Positions 44,827-55,400 of a stretch of DNA of 64,000 nucleotides are shown piece after piece. The stretch lies in contig CAVOWE010000026.1 of assembly GCA_963700035.1 (NCBI GenBank), positions 8,732-72,731 on the forward strand, read 5' to 3'. Positions within the stretch are counted from its first letter, which is position 1. Every line of letters starts with the position of its first letter. The stretch is from an uncultured Thermoleophilia bacterium (GTDB lineage: Bacteria > Actinomycetota > Thermoleophilia > UBA2241). The translations under genes and the position numbers were made by a program. The notes under the pieces were generated by a model. The model worked only from the letters and a program-made list of their open reading frames with translations, was not told the DNA's origin and did no database searches.

Positions 44827-44853
44827 GTATCGGCAGGGCGGGGGCATGGTTGA
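44827..44853 (-). promoter_or_regulatory. Sigma28 (FliA/WhiG/SigD)-type promoter
   Basis: Minus strand TCAA-N15-GCCGATAC versus consensus TAAA-N15-GCCGATAA; points toward the PilB-like gene. Confidence 0.65.
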
Positions 44854-44935
44854 GCGCCCGGAGGGCTGAAAGCGTTGCCTGCGGACGAAACGCTTTCGCC
44901 CTCCGGCGGCCGGCGCGGTCGCCCGCCCGCCCTGT

Positions 44936-44944
44936 TGCTATAAT
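44936..44944 (+). promoter_or_regulatory. Extended -10 promoter of accC
   Basis: TGCTATAAT 26 nt before ATG; SD AAGGAG. Confidence 0.65.
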
Positions 44945-44970
44945 CCTGCGACCCTCGGCAAGGAGCGGGC

Positions 44971-46312
44971 ATGTTCAGCAAGGTCCTGATCGCCAACCGC
45001 GGCGAGATCGCGATCCGCGTCATCCGCGCCTGCAGGGAGCTGGGCGTGGGGACCGTCGCGGTGTACTCCGAGGCCGACGGAGACTGCCTGCACGTGAGGT
45101 TCGCCGACGAGGCGGTCTGCATCGGCCCGCCGCCGGCGGCGCAGAGCTACCTCGTGATGGCGGCCCTCATCCAGGCCGCCCTGCAGACCGGCGCCGAGGC
45201 CATCCACCCCGGCTACGGGTTCCTCGCCGAGCGCGCCGAGTTCAGTGCTCTCTGTCGCGAGCAGGGCCTCAAGTTCATCGGCCCCAGCCCAGAGTCGATC
45301 GACCTCATGGGCGACAAGGCGGCGGCACGCACCACGATGACCGCCGCCGGGGTGCCCGTGACCCCGGGCTCGGAGGGCATCATCGAGGACGCCGCCGCGG
45401 CCGAAGCCGTCGCCCGCCGCATCGGCGTGCCGGTGATGGTCAAGGCGTCGGCCGGCGGCGGCGGCAAGGGTATCCGCATCGTCAGGGACGTCACGGAGCT
45501 GGCCGCCGCGGTGCGCCAGGCTCAGGGCGAGGCCGAAGCCGCGTTCGGCAACGGCGCCGTATACGTGGAGAAGTACATCGGTTCGCCGCGGCATGTCGAG
45601 ATCCAGGTGCTGGCCGACGGCAAGGGCCACGGCATCCACCTCGGCGAGCGCGACTGCAGCATCCAGCGGCGCCACCAGAAGCTCATCGAGGAGGCGCCCT
45701 CGCCCGCCGTCACGGCGGAGCTGCGGCGGCAGATGGGCGAAGCCGCCGTGGCCGCCGCCGTGGCGGCTCACTACGAGGGTGCCGGCACCGTCGAGTTCCT
45801 GCTCGACAGCGACGGCAGCTTCTACTTCATGGAGATGAACACGCGCGTGCAGGTCGAGCACTGCGTCACCGAGATGGTCACCGGCATCGACATCGTGAAG
45901 ACCGGCATCCGCATCGCCGCCGGCGAAGGGCTGCCGATCACCCAGGACGAGGTCCGCGTGCGAGGGCCACGCCATCGAGTTCCGCATCAACGCCGAGGAC
46001 CCGGAGGCGAACTTCATGCCGTCACCCGGTGTGGTCACCCGGTGGGTGCCGCCGGGCGGCCCGTGGGTGCGCTTCGACAGCCACGTGTACCAGGGGTACA
46101 TGGTGCCGCCGTTCTACGACAGCCTGCTGGGCAAGCTCATCGTCTGGGGGCGCGACCGCGAGGAGTGCCTCGCGCGCTCGCGCTGGGCACTGGAGCAGTT
46201 CCTCGTCGACGGCGTGAAGACGGTGATCCCGTTCCACCGCCTCGTCCTCGAGCACCCGCTGTTCATCGCCGGCGACGTGAACACGCACTTCATCGAGGAC
46301 CATCTGGGCTGA
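44971..46312 (+). CDS. accC: Biotin carboxylase; frameshift near 45965
   Basis: [47 protein letters not shown]; YDSLLGK in ORF 46016..46312. Confidence 0.93.
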
Positions 46313-46445
46313 AGTCGACTGAGTCCGGGCCGAGGCGGGCTCAGGCCGTGATGAGGCTGCCGCCGAGCGCGGCGTGGCGAACACGAGGGCTTCGAGCGCG
46401 ACGACTGCGACGACACCGAGGAGGCCCCAGTAGCGGTCCAGTACG

Positions 46446-47345
46446 TCAACGAGGAGCGCAAGCGCGCGCCGGCCCCGCGGCTCTCATCCGGCGCGAGCGC
46501 ACGCCGTAGCCGGCGGCGGCGATCTGCGTGAGCAGATGCTCCGCCGCCGGGGCGAGTAGCGCCTCGACGGCGGCCTCGTCCTCGCCCCGCGCCGACAGCG
46601 TGACGGTGATCATGCGCGTGCTGCCCAGCACTTTGGCGCGCGACTTCACGTAGATCTCCGGGAACGTCGCCTCCGCCCGCCGCAGGATGTCGGCGATGGC
46701 CGATTCGTCCTGCAGCTCGACGATCAGCGAGCGCTCCTCGTAGTGGGCGCTGCCGAAGATGCGCGCGAAGAGCTCGTCGAGCGACTGCTCGACGATCGCC
46801 TCGAGCTCCCCGGGTACGCCGGGCAGCGAGACGAACGACGTACCGTCTCGCTCGTAGAGGACGGCCGGGGCGCCGCCGATCGGATTCACGAGCGGCGTCG
46901 CCCCGGCCGGCAGCCGCGCCATCTTGCGGCGGCTCTCGTTCATCTCCGCAAAGGGCACGTAGCCCCTGGCGTGGAACTCCGCGTACTTCTCGGCGACAAG
47001 GCGCTCGGCCTCGGGGTGGAGCTCGAGCTCCACCCCGAGGCCGAGCGCCACGCCTTCGAGCGTGCGGTCGTCGCTGGTCGGTCCCAGGCCGCCGACCGTG
47101 AAGATGAGCGCCGGGCGCCGCGCCAGGGCACCGCGGATCTCGGCGGCGATCGCCTCGATGTCGTCGCGCAGCATGACCGTGCGCCTCACGAGGCCTCCGA
47201 GACCGGTCACTCGCAGGCACAGCCAGTTGGTGTTGGTGTCGAGGACGTCGCCGATCAGCACCTCGTTGCCGGCCGAGACGATCTCGACGATGGGCGCCGC
47301 GGTGTGCGGGTCGGCGGCGCCGTGCGTGGGGATGAAGCCGCTCAT
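46446..47345 (-). CDS. CinA N-terminal / molybdopterin-binding domain protein
   Basis: [28 protein letters not shown]. Confidence 0.88.
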   Translation of the reverse strand: MSGFIPTHGAADPHTAAPIVEIVSAGNEVLIGDVLDTNTNWLCLRVTGLGGLVRRTVMLRDDIEAIAAEIRGALARRPALIFTVGGLGPTSDDRTLEGVALGLGVELELHPEAERLVAEKYAEFHARGYVPFAEMNESRRKMARLPAGATPLVNPIGGAPAVLYERDGTSFVSLPGVPGELEAIVEQSLDELFARIFGSAHYEERSLIVELQDESAIADILRRAEATFPEIYVKSRAKVLGSTRMITVTLSARGEDEAAVEALLAPAAEHLLTQIAAAGYGVRSRRMRAAGPARACAPR

Positions 47346-47395
47346 GGACCCAGTCTGGCAGACGGCGCGCCGCGCGGGCAAGGCGCCCGCGTCAT

Positions 47396-47499
47396 GCGCG
47401 GAGGACGGCGGCCGGGTCGAGGGAGGCTCGCGAGGCGCTGCTCTGTGCGCCGAGCGAAGCGAAGCGCCCTTCCGAGGCCCCGCCGCCGTCCGCAGCGCC
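47396..47499 (+). repeat. Palindromic REP/RPE-like element, intergenic copy (C)
   Basis: Aligns along its length with the reverse complement of 53065-53183 apart from a shorter inner hairpin; arms GGACGGCGG / CCGCCGTCC. Confidence 0.8.
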
Positions 47500-47573
47500 T
47501 CAGCGGCAGTGCTCTCCCCGCGTCGCGTGCCCCTGCCCCCGGGTATACTCAGCTTGGAGTGGAAGGAGTGCCC

Positions 47574-48297
47574 ATGGACCCCAAACCCCTCGTCATCCTG
47601 CAGCACGAGCCCGACGATCCGCCCGGCAGCATCGCGAGTGGCGCTGCGCGACCTCGGCGTGCCGTTCGAGGTCCGCCGTCTCGACGAGGGCGACGCCCTG
47701 CCCGAGTGGCCGCACGAGGCCTCGGGCATCATCGCTCTGGGCGGCTCGATGCACGTCACGCAGACGCGGGAGTATCCCTTCCTGACCGGCGAGATCAAGC
47801 TCATGCGGCGCATCGTCCACGAGGGCGGCCCGCTGTGGGGCGTGTGTCTGGGCGCCCAGCTGCTCGCGCTCGCCGCGGGCGGCGACGTCTACAGGCGCAA
47901 GAAGCCCGAAGTGGGCTGGGTCAGCATCGAGAAGGTCGCCGACGATCCGCTGCTCCGCGGCATCTCCTCGCCGTTCGTGGCCTTCAGCTGGCACGCGTAC
48001 TCGTGCAGCGTTCCGGCGACCTCCCATCTCGTCGCACGCAAGGGAGACGGCGTACAGGCGTTCCGCGCCGGCGGGAGGGCCTGGGCGACGCAGTTCCACC
48101 CCGAGATCGACGGCGCCATGGCGCCCCACTGGGTGAGAGACGCGGCGGAGGAGCACCACGAGCAGGGCAAGGACTGGATCGACGAACTGCGCGCCGACAC
48201 CGACAGGTATCTCCCCGCATATCCCGCGTTCTGCCGCACGCTCACCGAGAACTTCGTGCTCATGAGCGGGCTCCTTTCCGCCGACGAACGTCGCTAG
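47574..48297 (+). CDS. Type 1 glutamine amidotransferase; frameshift near 47635
   Basis: ILQHEP, LGG, GVCLGAQL, EVGW, QFHPE catalytic motifs. Confidence 0.9.
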
Positions 48298-48299
48298 AA

Positions 48300-48446
48300 C
48301 GCAGAACGGCGGCGCTTGCGCGCCGCCGCCTTCACCCGTTTCCGGGCAGCCCCTCGGGGAGAGGGGCTTGTGAAAGGAGCCATGGGGTGGTACTTGGGGA
48401 AGTACCAGCACGAAGGAGGGATGTGTGGAGGGGGACTCCTGCGTGC
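48300..48446 (-). ncRNA. Candidate structured sRNA with C-rich (UCCCC) loops
   Basis: Five consecutive hairpins, GNRA loops and GU pairs only on the minus strand, extended -10 TGGTAATAT 7 nt upstream. Confidence 0.6.
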
Positions 48447-48526
48447 AAGGCGTATATTACCACCGGTTCAACAGTTGAAACCACCCCTGTAGTGTTAACG
48501 AATGTGAAGCTGGGGGATCCCTGGTC

Positions 48527-50087
48527 GTGAGCACCGCCGCGGGCGCGCGTCGCACGCTCTTCGATATCGAACGGGAGAAGCGCTGGCGCATCTGGCTGTT
48601 GTTCGCGCTGCTCGTCGGCATGGTGTTCGCGGCCGCCTGGGTCGCCTGCTTCATCGTCACGTTCAGCCTCTTCCTGAGCTTCCCCGTGGTCGACACCTTC
48701 ACCTGGATGTTCACGCTGAAGGGCATCGGCCTGATCCTCGGCGTGGCGCTCGCCGGTTCACTGCTCTACTGGTTCAGTTCGCGCCTCGGCGCGCGCGGAC
48801 GCCTGCTGCGGGCCATGCACTGCGAGCCGCTCGACCCCGGCGACCGCTATCACCGGCGCCTCGCCAACATCGTCGAGGAGATGCGGATCGCCACCGGCGG
48901 GCCACGCATCGAGTGCTTCACCGTCAGGACCCTCGGCCTCAACGCCTTCGCGTTCAGCGACCTGCACGGCGAGGGCGTGATCGGCGTCACCGAGGGGGCC
49001 CTGGCGCGGTTGTCCCGGCAGCAGCTCCAGGGCGTGGTGGCGCACGAGTTCGGCCACATCCTGTCGGGCAACTACGTCACCGTCACCGTGTCGTGCCTGT
49101 TGTTCGGCATCTACTCGGAGATCGGCGACAGGCTCGAGGACGCAGCCCTCGCCACGGGAAGCACGCGGGCCGCGCCGTTCGCGCTGATCGCTATCGCGCT
49201 GCGCGGCTGGCTGTGGGTGCTGCAGCTCGCCTCGTCCGTGACGAACTCCGCCCTGAGTCGCGAGCGCGAGCGTCAGGCCGATCTCGCGGCGGCGAGGTTC
49301 ACGCGCGACCCTTTGAGCCTTGCGGAGGCGCTGCGGATCGTCAGCCGGCACCCCGGCGGCGCCGGCTACATCCCCGAGGGCCTCGCTCCGCTGTGCATCC
49401 GTGACACCCAGTCGCGCATCCCCTGGCTGCTCGGCAGCTGGCGCACCACGCATCCTCCCATCGGCGAGCGCGTGAGCGCGCTGCTGGCATTGGCCAACGT
49501 CTCGCCGGAGGACTTCGCCCAGCAGGCCGACACGGCGGCGGAGACCTTTGACAAGCGCGAGCACTGGACGGCGGCGCCGGCGGCCGGCGGCGCCGGGCGA
49601 CGCATCGGCGTGGAGACCGCCGGCGCCGTACTGGGGCCGGCGGTCGCGGCGCTCGTCGCGCCCTCCGCCCGGTCGTCGGCCGGTGGCTCGATGACGTGCC
49701 CGAGCTGCGGCGCCGGCCTGGTCCGCGCCGACTACGAAGGCCTGCGCGTCGACGTCTGCGCCTCGTGCGGCGGCCGCCTGGTGTCGCCCCGCGAGGTGAG
49801 CAAGATCCTGGCGCGCCGGGAGGTCGCCTTCAGCGACGAGCAGCGGCGGCTCGCCGAGCTGCTCGTTGCCGGCGGCGACCAGCTGCGCCGCGCCGCGCTG
49901 CTGGCCCGCGGCCGCCCCGGCGTCCGACCTGATCGCCTGTCCGAGGTGCGCCAAGACGATGGTGCGCCGCCACTTCAGCTACGAGCATGCCGTCGAGATC
50001 GACTACTGCAGCATCTGCGACCTCTTCTGGTTCGAGAAAGACGAGCTCGAGGCGTTGCAGATCCTCGCCGAGCGACAGGCGGGCTGA
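48527..50087 (+). CDS. M48 (HtpX-like) membrane metalloprotease with two C-terminal zinc ribbons; frameshift near 49925
   Basis: NAFA, GVVAHEFGH, SRERERQAD, THPP; CPSC..CASC and CPRC..CSIC..WFEKDEL. Confidence 0.88.
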
Positions 50088-50254
50088 GCGACGCTGCGCT
50101 GCACATCGTACGCCACCGGGACGACAGGGAGCCCAGGCTCGTCTAGACTACTGAGTCGCGCGAGAGGTCGAGTCGCCAACGTCCTCGCCTCTGCGTGCTC
50201 GCCACGCCGGCGTCAGCCGGCGCCGTGCTCCACCGAGCCCTGCGGACCACCTCG

Positions 50255-51962
50255 ATGAGCCACGACACCAGCGGCGACAACGCCGGCCTCGCATCCTCGC
50301 CGCTCGACGGTCGCTACCGCATCCTCTCGCGACTCGGCAGCGGCGGCATGGCCGACGTCTACCTCGCCCGCGACGAGTCGCTCGGCCGGCTGGTCGCCAT
50401 CAAGGTGCTCAAGGAACGCCTGGCTGCCGATGCGGAGTTCGTCGAGCGTTTCCGCATCGAGGCGCAGGCCGCGGCCAGCCTCAACCATCCCGCGATCGTC
50501 GCCGTGTACGACCGTGGCACAGCCGGCGCCTCGCCGTACATCGCCATGGAATACGTGGACGGTGGAGAGCCTCAAGCAGCGCCTGCGGCGCAAAGGCCGG
50601 CTGTCGCCCGACGAGGCCGCGGCCACGGCGCTCGCCGTGCTGGACGCGCTCAGGGAAGCGCACGCGCGCCGCATCGTCCATCGCGACGTGACGTCGTCCA
50701 ACGTGCTCGTCGATGGGTCGGGGCGCGTCAAGGTCGCCGACTTCGGCATCGCGCGCATGGGCGCCTCGGCGCTCACGCGCACCGGCGCGATGCTGGGCAC
50801 GTCCTCGTACCTGTCGCCGGAGCAGGCGCAGGGGCGTTCGGCTGACGAACGCTCGGACCTCTACAGCCTCGGCGTGGTGCTCTACGAGATGCTCGCCGGG
50901 CGCCTGCCGTTCAGCGGCGAGAGCGACCTGGCCGTGGCCATGCAGCATGTGTCGGCCGCCCCGCCCAATCCGCGCTCGCTGGCGCCCGACGTGCCGGAAG
51001 CCTACGCGGCGGTCGTGATGAAGGCGCTCAGCAAGCAGCCGGCCGACCGCTTCCAGAGCGCCGAGGAGTTCGCCGCCGCGCTGCGCGCGGCGCGGGGCGG
51101 CGGGCACGCAGCGCCCGCCGCCGTCCCGCCGCCTGCGGCCACCCCCGACCCTCCGGCCAGCGTGCCTCCGCCCGCGGCCACGGCGGTAGCGGCGGACGCG
51201 CTCACGCGCCCGGCAGACGGCGCCACGCGGTACATGAGCGAGGTGCGTCCGGCGCTTGCGGCGCGCCCGCGCCGCCGCCTGTGGCGCTGGGTCCTGCTGG
51301 TCGTCGTGCTCGCGGCCGCCGCGGCGGGCGCCTGGGCCGTCTACGCGCTGGTGTTGGCGCCCGGCGCGAAGGTGCCGGGGCTTGTCGGCCGCTCTCGCGC
51401 CGAGGCCGTCGCCGCCGTGAAGAAGGAGGGCCTGAGACCCGTCGTCCGCGAGGTGTGGGCCGACGGTCACGACGCGGGCACCGTCGCCAGGCAGCGTCCC
51501 CGCGCAGGCGCGGAGGTGGACGACGGCGCCAAGGTCGACCTCTGGGTGAGTCGAGGGCCACTGCACCTCCCGTCTCCAGACCTCACCGGGAAGAGGGCCG
51601 CCAGTGCCACCGCCTTGCTCGAGCAGGAGTCACTCGTGGCACGCAAGCGCCGGGCCGCGACGAGCAGCGTGCCCAAAGGCGAGATCTACCGTCAGGAGCC
51701 CGCCGCGGGCGAGACGGTGAAGCGGGGGGACACCGTGACCTTCTGGGTGAGCAGCGGGCCCCCGGTGGCGACCGTGCCCGACGTGGTCGGCTATTCCTCC
51801 GGAGATGCGAGCGCCGCCCTCGAGGCGGAGGGGTTCGTGGTCAGCATCGACTTCGTGGCAGGCTGGGGGGTGTTCCCCGGCGACGTCGTCGAGCAGGACC
51901 CCGTCGCCGGCACCCGCCTGCGCGCGGGCGACGAGGTCGTGATCAAGGTCGCCGTCTTCTAG
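50255..51962 (+). CDS. PASTA-domain Ser/Thr protein kinase (PknB/Stk1-like); frameshift near 50563
   Basis: LGSGGMADVY, VAIK, HRDVTSSN, DFG, YLSPEQ, DLYSLG; TM; about 3 PASTA repeats. Confidence 0.92.
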
Positions 51963-51964
51963 GC

Positions 51965-52402
51965 ATGGACACGCTGCTCCAGCTCCTGGGCGTCTTCGCG
52001 CTCAGCGTGGTCGAGCTGTGGGCCGCGGTGCCCGCGGGTGTGGCTCTGGGGTTGCCGCCGATCCTCGTGTGGCTGGCGACCGTCGCCGGCGCCCTCGTCT
52101 GCATCGTCGTCGTCGTGCTCGCCGGCGAGCGTCTGCGCGCCTGGCTGGTGGCGCGTCTGGGGCACGGACGCGCGCGTGAGGGCGGGCGGCTGCGAGCCAT
52201 CTGGGAGCGGTATGGGGTGATCGGTTGGGGGCTGATCGGGCCGCTGGTGCTCGGGGCCCCGCTCGCCGCGGCCCTGGGAGTCGGGCTCGGCGCGCCCAGG
52301 GACCGGCTCCTCATCTGGCTGGGCGCCGGCGTCGTGCTCTGGACGACTGTCCTCACGGCGGCCGTGGTGTTCGGCGTCGACGCGATCCGTGACCTCGGCT
52401 GA
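51965..52402 (+). CDS. Small multidrug-export-like membrane protein
   Basis: ELWAAVPAG..LGL, ERYG; 3-4 TM helices. Confidence 0.75.
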   Translation: MDTLLQLLGVFALSVVELWAAVPAGVALGLPPILVWLATVAGALVCIVVVVLAGERLRAWLVARLGHGRAREGGRLRAIWERYGVIGWGLIGPLVLGAPLAAALGVGLGAPRDRLLIWLGAGVVLWTTVLTAAVVFGVDAIRDLG

Positions 52403-52429
52403 CCGTCCGGCCGTCGAGGGACGCTACCG

Positions 52430-55400
52430 CTAGCCAGTGCGACCCGGGCGCGTGCGCGGCTCGACGGCGGGAAGCTCCCAGGCGTCGGGCCGTTGGTAGG
52501 CGAAGCCGCCGCCGGGCACGGAGCCTTGGGCGGCGAGCGCGCCGCCGGCTTCGCCGGCCCGCCGCTCGCCGCCCGGCAGCGCCTCGCCACTTGCCAGCAC
52601 CTTCGTGAGGTCCATGATCTTGTGTGCCACCACCGCCAGGCCGTGCTCCTCGTCGTTCTGCAGCTCGCCCTCGACCAGCAGGTAGACGGCGTCTTTGAGC
52701 ACACGCCCGTACTTGAGGTAGACGTCGTTGAAGACCACCACCTGGCCCAGCTCGGTCTCGTCCTCGAGGGTGAGGAACATGGTGCGGTGGCCGCTGCGGA
52801 TCCAGGGCATCTGGGCGCGCTCGAGCACGCCGGCCAGGCGCACGCGACGGCCGTGCGCCATCTGCGGCAGGCGCGCCATGGGAGTGACCCGCAGCGCCTT
52901 GACCTGGTCGCGCACGAAGCGCAACGGGTGGGCGCTCACGTTGAGGCCGAGCAGCTCGAGCTCGATGCTCACGCGCCGCTGCCGCGACCAGTCGGGGAGG
53001 AAGGCGAGCGGCGCGAACTGCTCGTCGAGGGCGAGGCGCGGCTGGTCGAGGCCTTCGTCGGACGCCGGCGCTGCGGGCGGCGGCAGGGCCTCGAGGGGGC
53101 GCTCCGCTCCGCTCGGCGCCGCGCCGGCTTCGCCGGCGGCGCCTCGCGAGCCCCTCTCGACCCTGCCGCCGTCCTCCGCGCCTCTGCGCGGGCGGCCTCG
53201 ACCGCTCCCGCCGCGCCCCGCCGGCTTCGCCCCGGCGTAGAGCAGCGGCACCTGGGCGACGAGCTCCTCGCGGCGTACGCCGAGCGCGTCGAAGGCGCCG
53301 AGCCGCACGAGGTTCTCCGCGATCTCGCGGCTCACGCGCGTGCGCGCCACGAAATCGGCCAGCGAGGTGTACGGCCGCGGCGGGCCGGGCGGGCCGGCCG
53401 CAGGCGGCTCGCCTGCCGCCGCGCCGGGCGAACGCTCTGGCGCGCTCGCGGGCGCGGCCCCGAGGGAGGCCGCGGAGGGCGGGTGAGGGGGGCTGTGAAG
53501 GATCGCCGAAGGCGGATCCGGAAGGAGCGGAGCGCCCCCCCGAACCCCCCTCCCCGCCCGCAGCGGCCGACCCGCCGCCGCGTTCATCGCCGCGCCCCTC
53601 GACGATCGCCCGTCGTGCCGCGGCGCTCATCTCTTTGACGTAGGCCAGCCCCACCCGCAACGCCTTGCCGTCGTCCTCGACCTCGAACCACTCGCCGCTC
53701 AGGTTGATGTCCAGAGGCCGCACGACAAGCCCGAAGCGCCGCGCGTCGTTGAGCACCACGCGCGGCGAGTAGAAGCCCATGGGCTGGTTGTTGAGGAGGC
53801 CGCAGTAGAACTCGGCCGGGTAATGCGCCTTGAGCCACGCCGAGGCGTTGCAGACGATCGCGAAGCAGGCGGCGTGCGCTTTGTTGAAGCCGTAGGCGGC
53901 GAAGCCGCGAAGCTGGCGGAAGACTTCGTCGGCCGCCTCTCGCGAGACGCCCCGGGCCACCGCCTTCTCGACGAAGGTGCGGCCGATCTCGTCCATCTCC
54001 TCCAGGGAGCGCTCGTGCGTCATCGCGCGCCTGAGCAGGTCGCCCTCGGCGAGGCTGAAACCGGCTACGGCGGCCGCCACCTCGATGACCTGCTCCTGGT
54101 AGACGATCACCCCGTAGGTGCGTCGCAGGATACGTTCCATGGCAGGGTGCGGCACGGTGACAGGCTCGCGCCCGTGCCGCCGCCGGATGAACGGCGCGAT
54201 CATGTCGGCCTGCAGCGGCCCCGGGCGGAACAGCGAGATGGCGGCGATGACGTCTTCGAAGTCGCGCTGTTGTAGGCGTGTCGCCAAATTGCGCTGCCCC
54301 GAGCTCTCGAGCTGGAAGAGGCCGACGGTGCGCGCCGAGCGGATGAGCCTGTAGACCTCGGGGTCGTCGCGCGGCAGCTCCCAGGCGCGCACCTGCTCGC
54401 CGGTGCGCGCCTCGATGCGCCGCACCGCCTCGGCGATGGCGGAGTGCATCTTGAGGGCGAGGATGTCCATCTTGACGAGGCCCAGCGTCTCGACGTCGTC
54501 CTTGTCGAACTGGGCCACCACGACCCCTTTGGCGGCCCACTGCAGCGGCACGCGGTCGGTGAGCGGGTCGCGCGAGAGGATGAAGCCGCCGAGATGGGTG
54601 CCGAGGTGCGCCGGAAAGCCCGAGAGGCGCTCGGCGACGTGTACGAGGCGGCGGTAATGTGGGGCCTGGAACGCGTGGTCGGCCAGCTCGGGGCGCTCGG
54701 CCAGCATCTCCCCGAGCTTGGCGGCGCTGCCCCAGGGCACGCGTTTGGAAAGGCCGTTGATCTCCTCCGGGGTGAAGCCGAAGGCGCGGCTCACGATGCG
54801 CACCGCCGAGGGTGCGCGCACCGTGTTGACGGTGGCCACCATGGCGACCTTGTCGTGACCGAAGCGCTCGTAGATGTACTGGATGACCTCGTCGCGGCGC
54901 GCCGAGCAGAAATCGATGTCGACGTCTGGCATCTCGCGGCGCGCCGGGTTGAGGAAACGCTCGAAGAGCAGCTCGTGCGCGATGGGGTCGGCGTCGGTGA
55001 CGCGCAGCACGTAGCTGACGATGCTGTTGCCGGCCGAGCCGCGGCCGGAGTAGTAGATGCCGCGGCCTCTGGCGAACTCGACGATGTCGTGCACGGCGAG
55101 GAAGTACTCGGCGAAGCCGAGCTCCTCGACGACCTTGAGCTCGCGCTCGAGGCGCGCCGTGACCTCGGCGGTGAGCGGCCGGTAGCGCTCTTCGGCGCCC
55201 TTGAAGCAGCGCTTCCAGAGTAGCGAGAAGGCGGTCTCGCCGGGCGGCAGCGGGTAGGCGGGGAAGAGGAGGCGCCCAAGACCAAGGTCGAGGTTGCAGC
55301 GCTCCGCGATACGCGCGGCGTTGGCGTACGCCTCCGGGTAGCGCTGGAAGAGGCGGCGCATCTGCGCCGGGCTCTTGAGATAGAGCTCGGCGTTCTTGCG

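Noticed and set aside
44589-44970. c-di-GMP riboswitch upstream of the MshEN-PilB gene
   Set aside because: The GEMM-I core (GGCAAAC..GAAA..GACGCAAAGC) could not be found on the minus strand.
46313-46445. Possible RNA or repeat element between accC and the cinA-like gene
   Set aside because: Only short weak hairpins, and no second copy found in the window.
48465-48482. GTTCAAC..TTGAAAC resembling a CRISPR repeat end
   Set aside because: Single copy, with no spacers or cas genes.
48373-48492. Plus-strand reading of the sRNA locus as a short ORF (MGWYLGKY...) or a CsrA-binding GGA-loop RNA
   Set aside because: SD-ATG spacing is only 2 nt; GNRA loops, GU pairs and the promoter all favour the minus strand. 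Not fully excluded.
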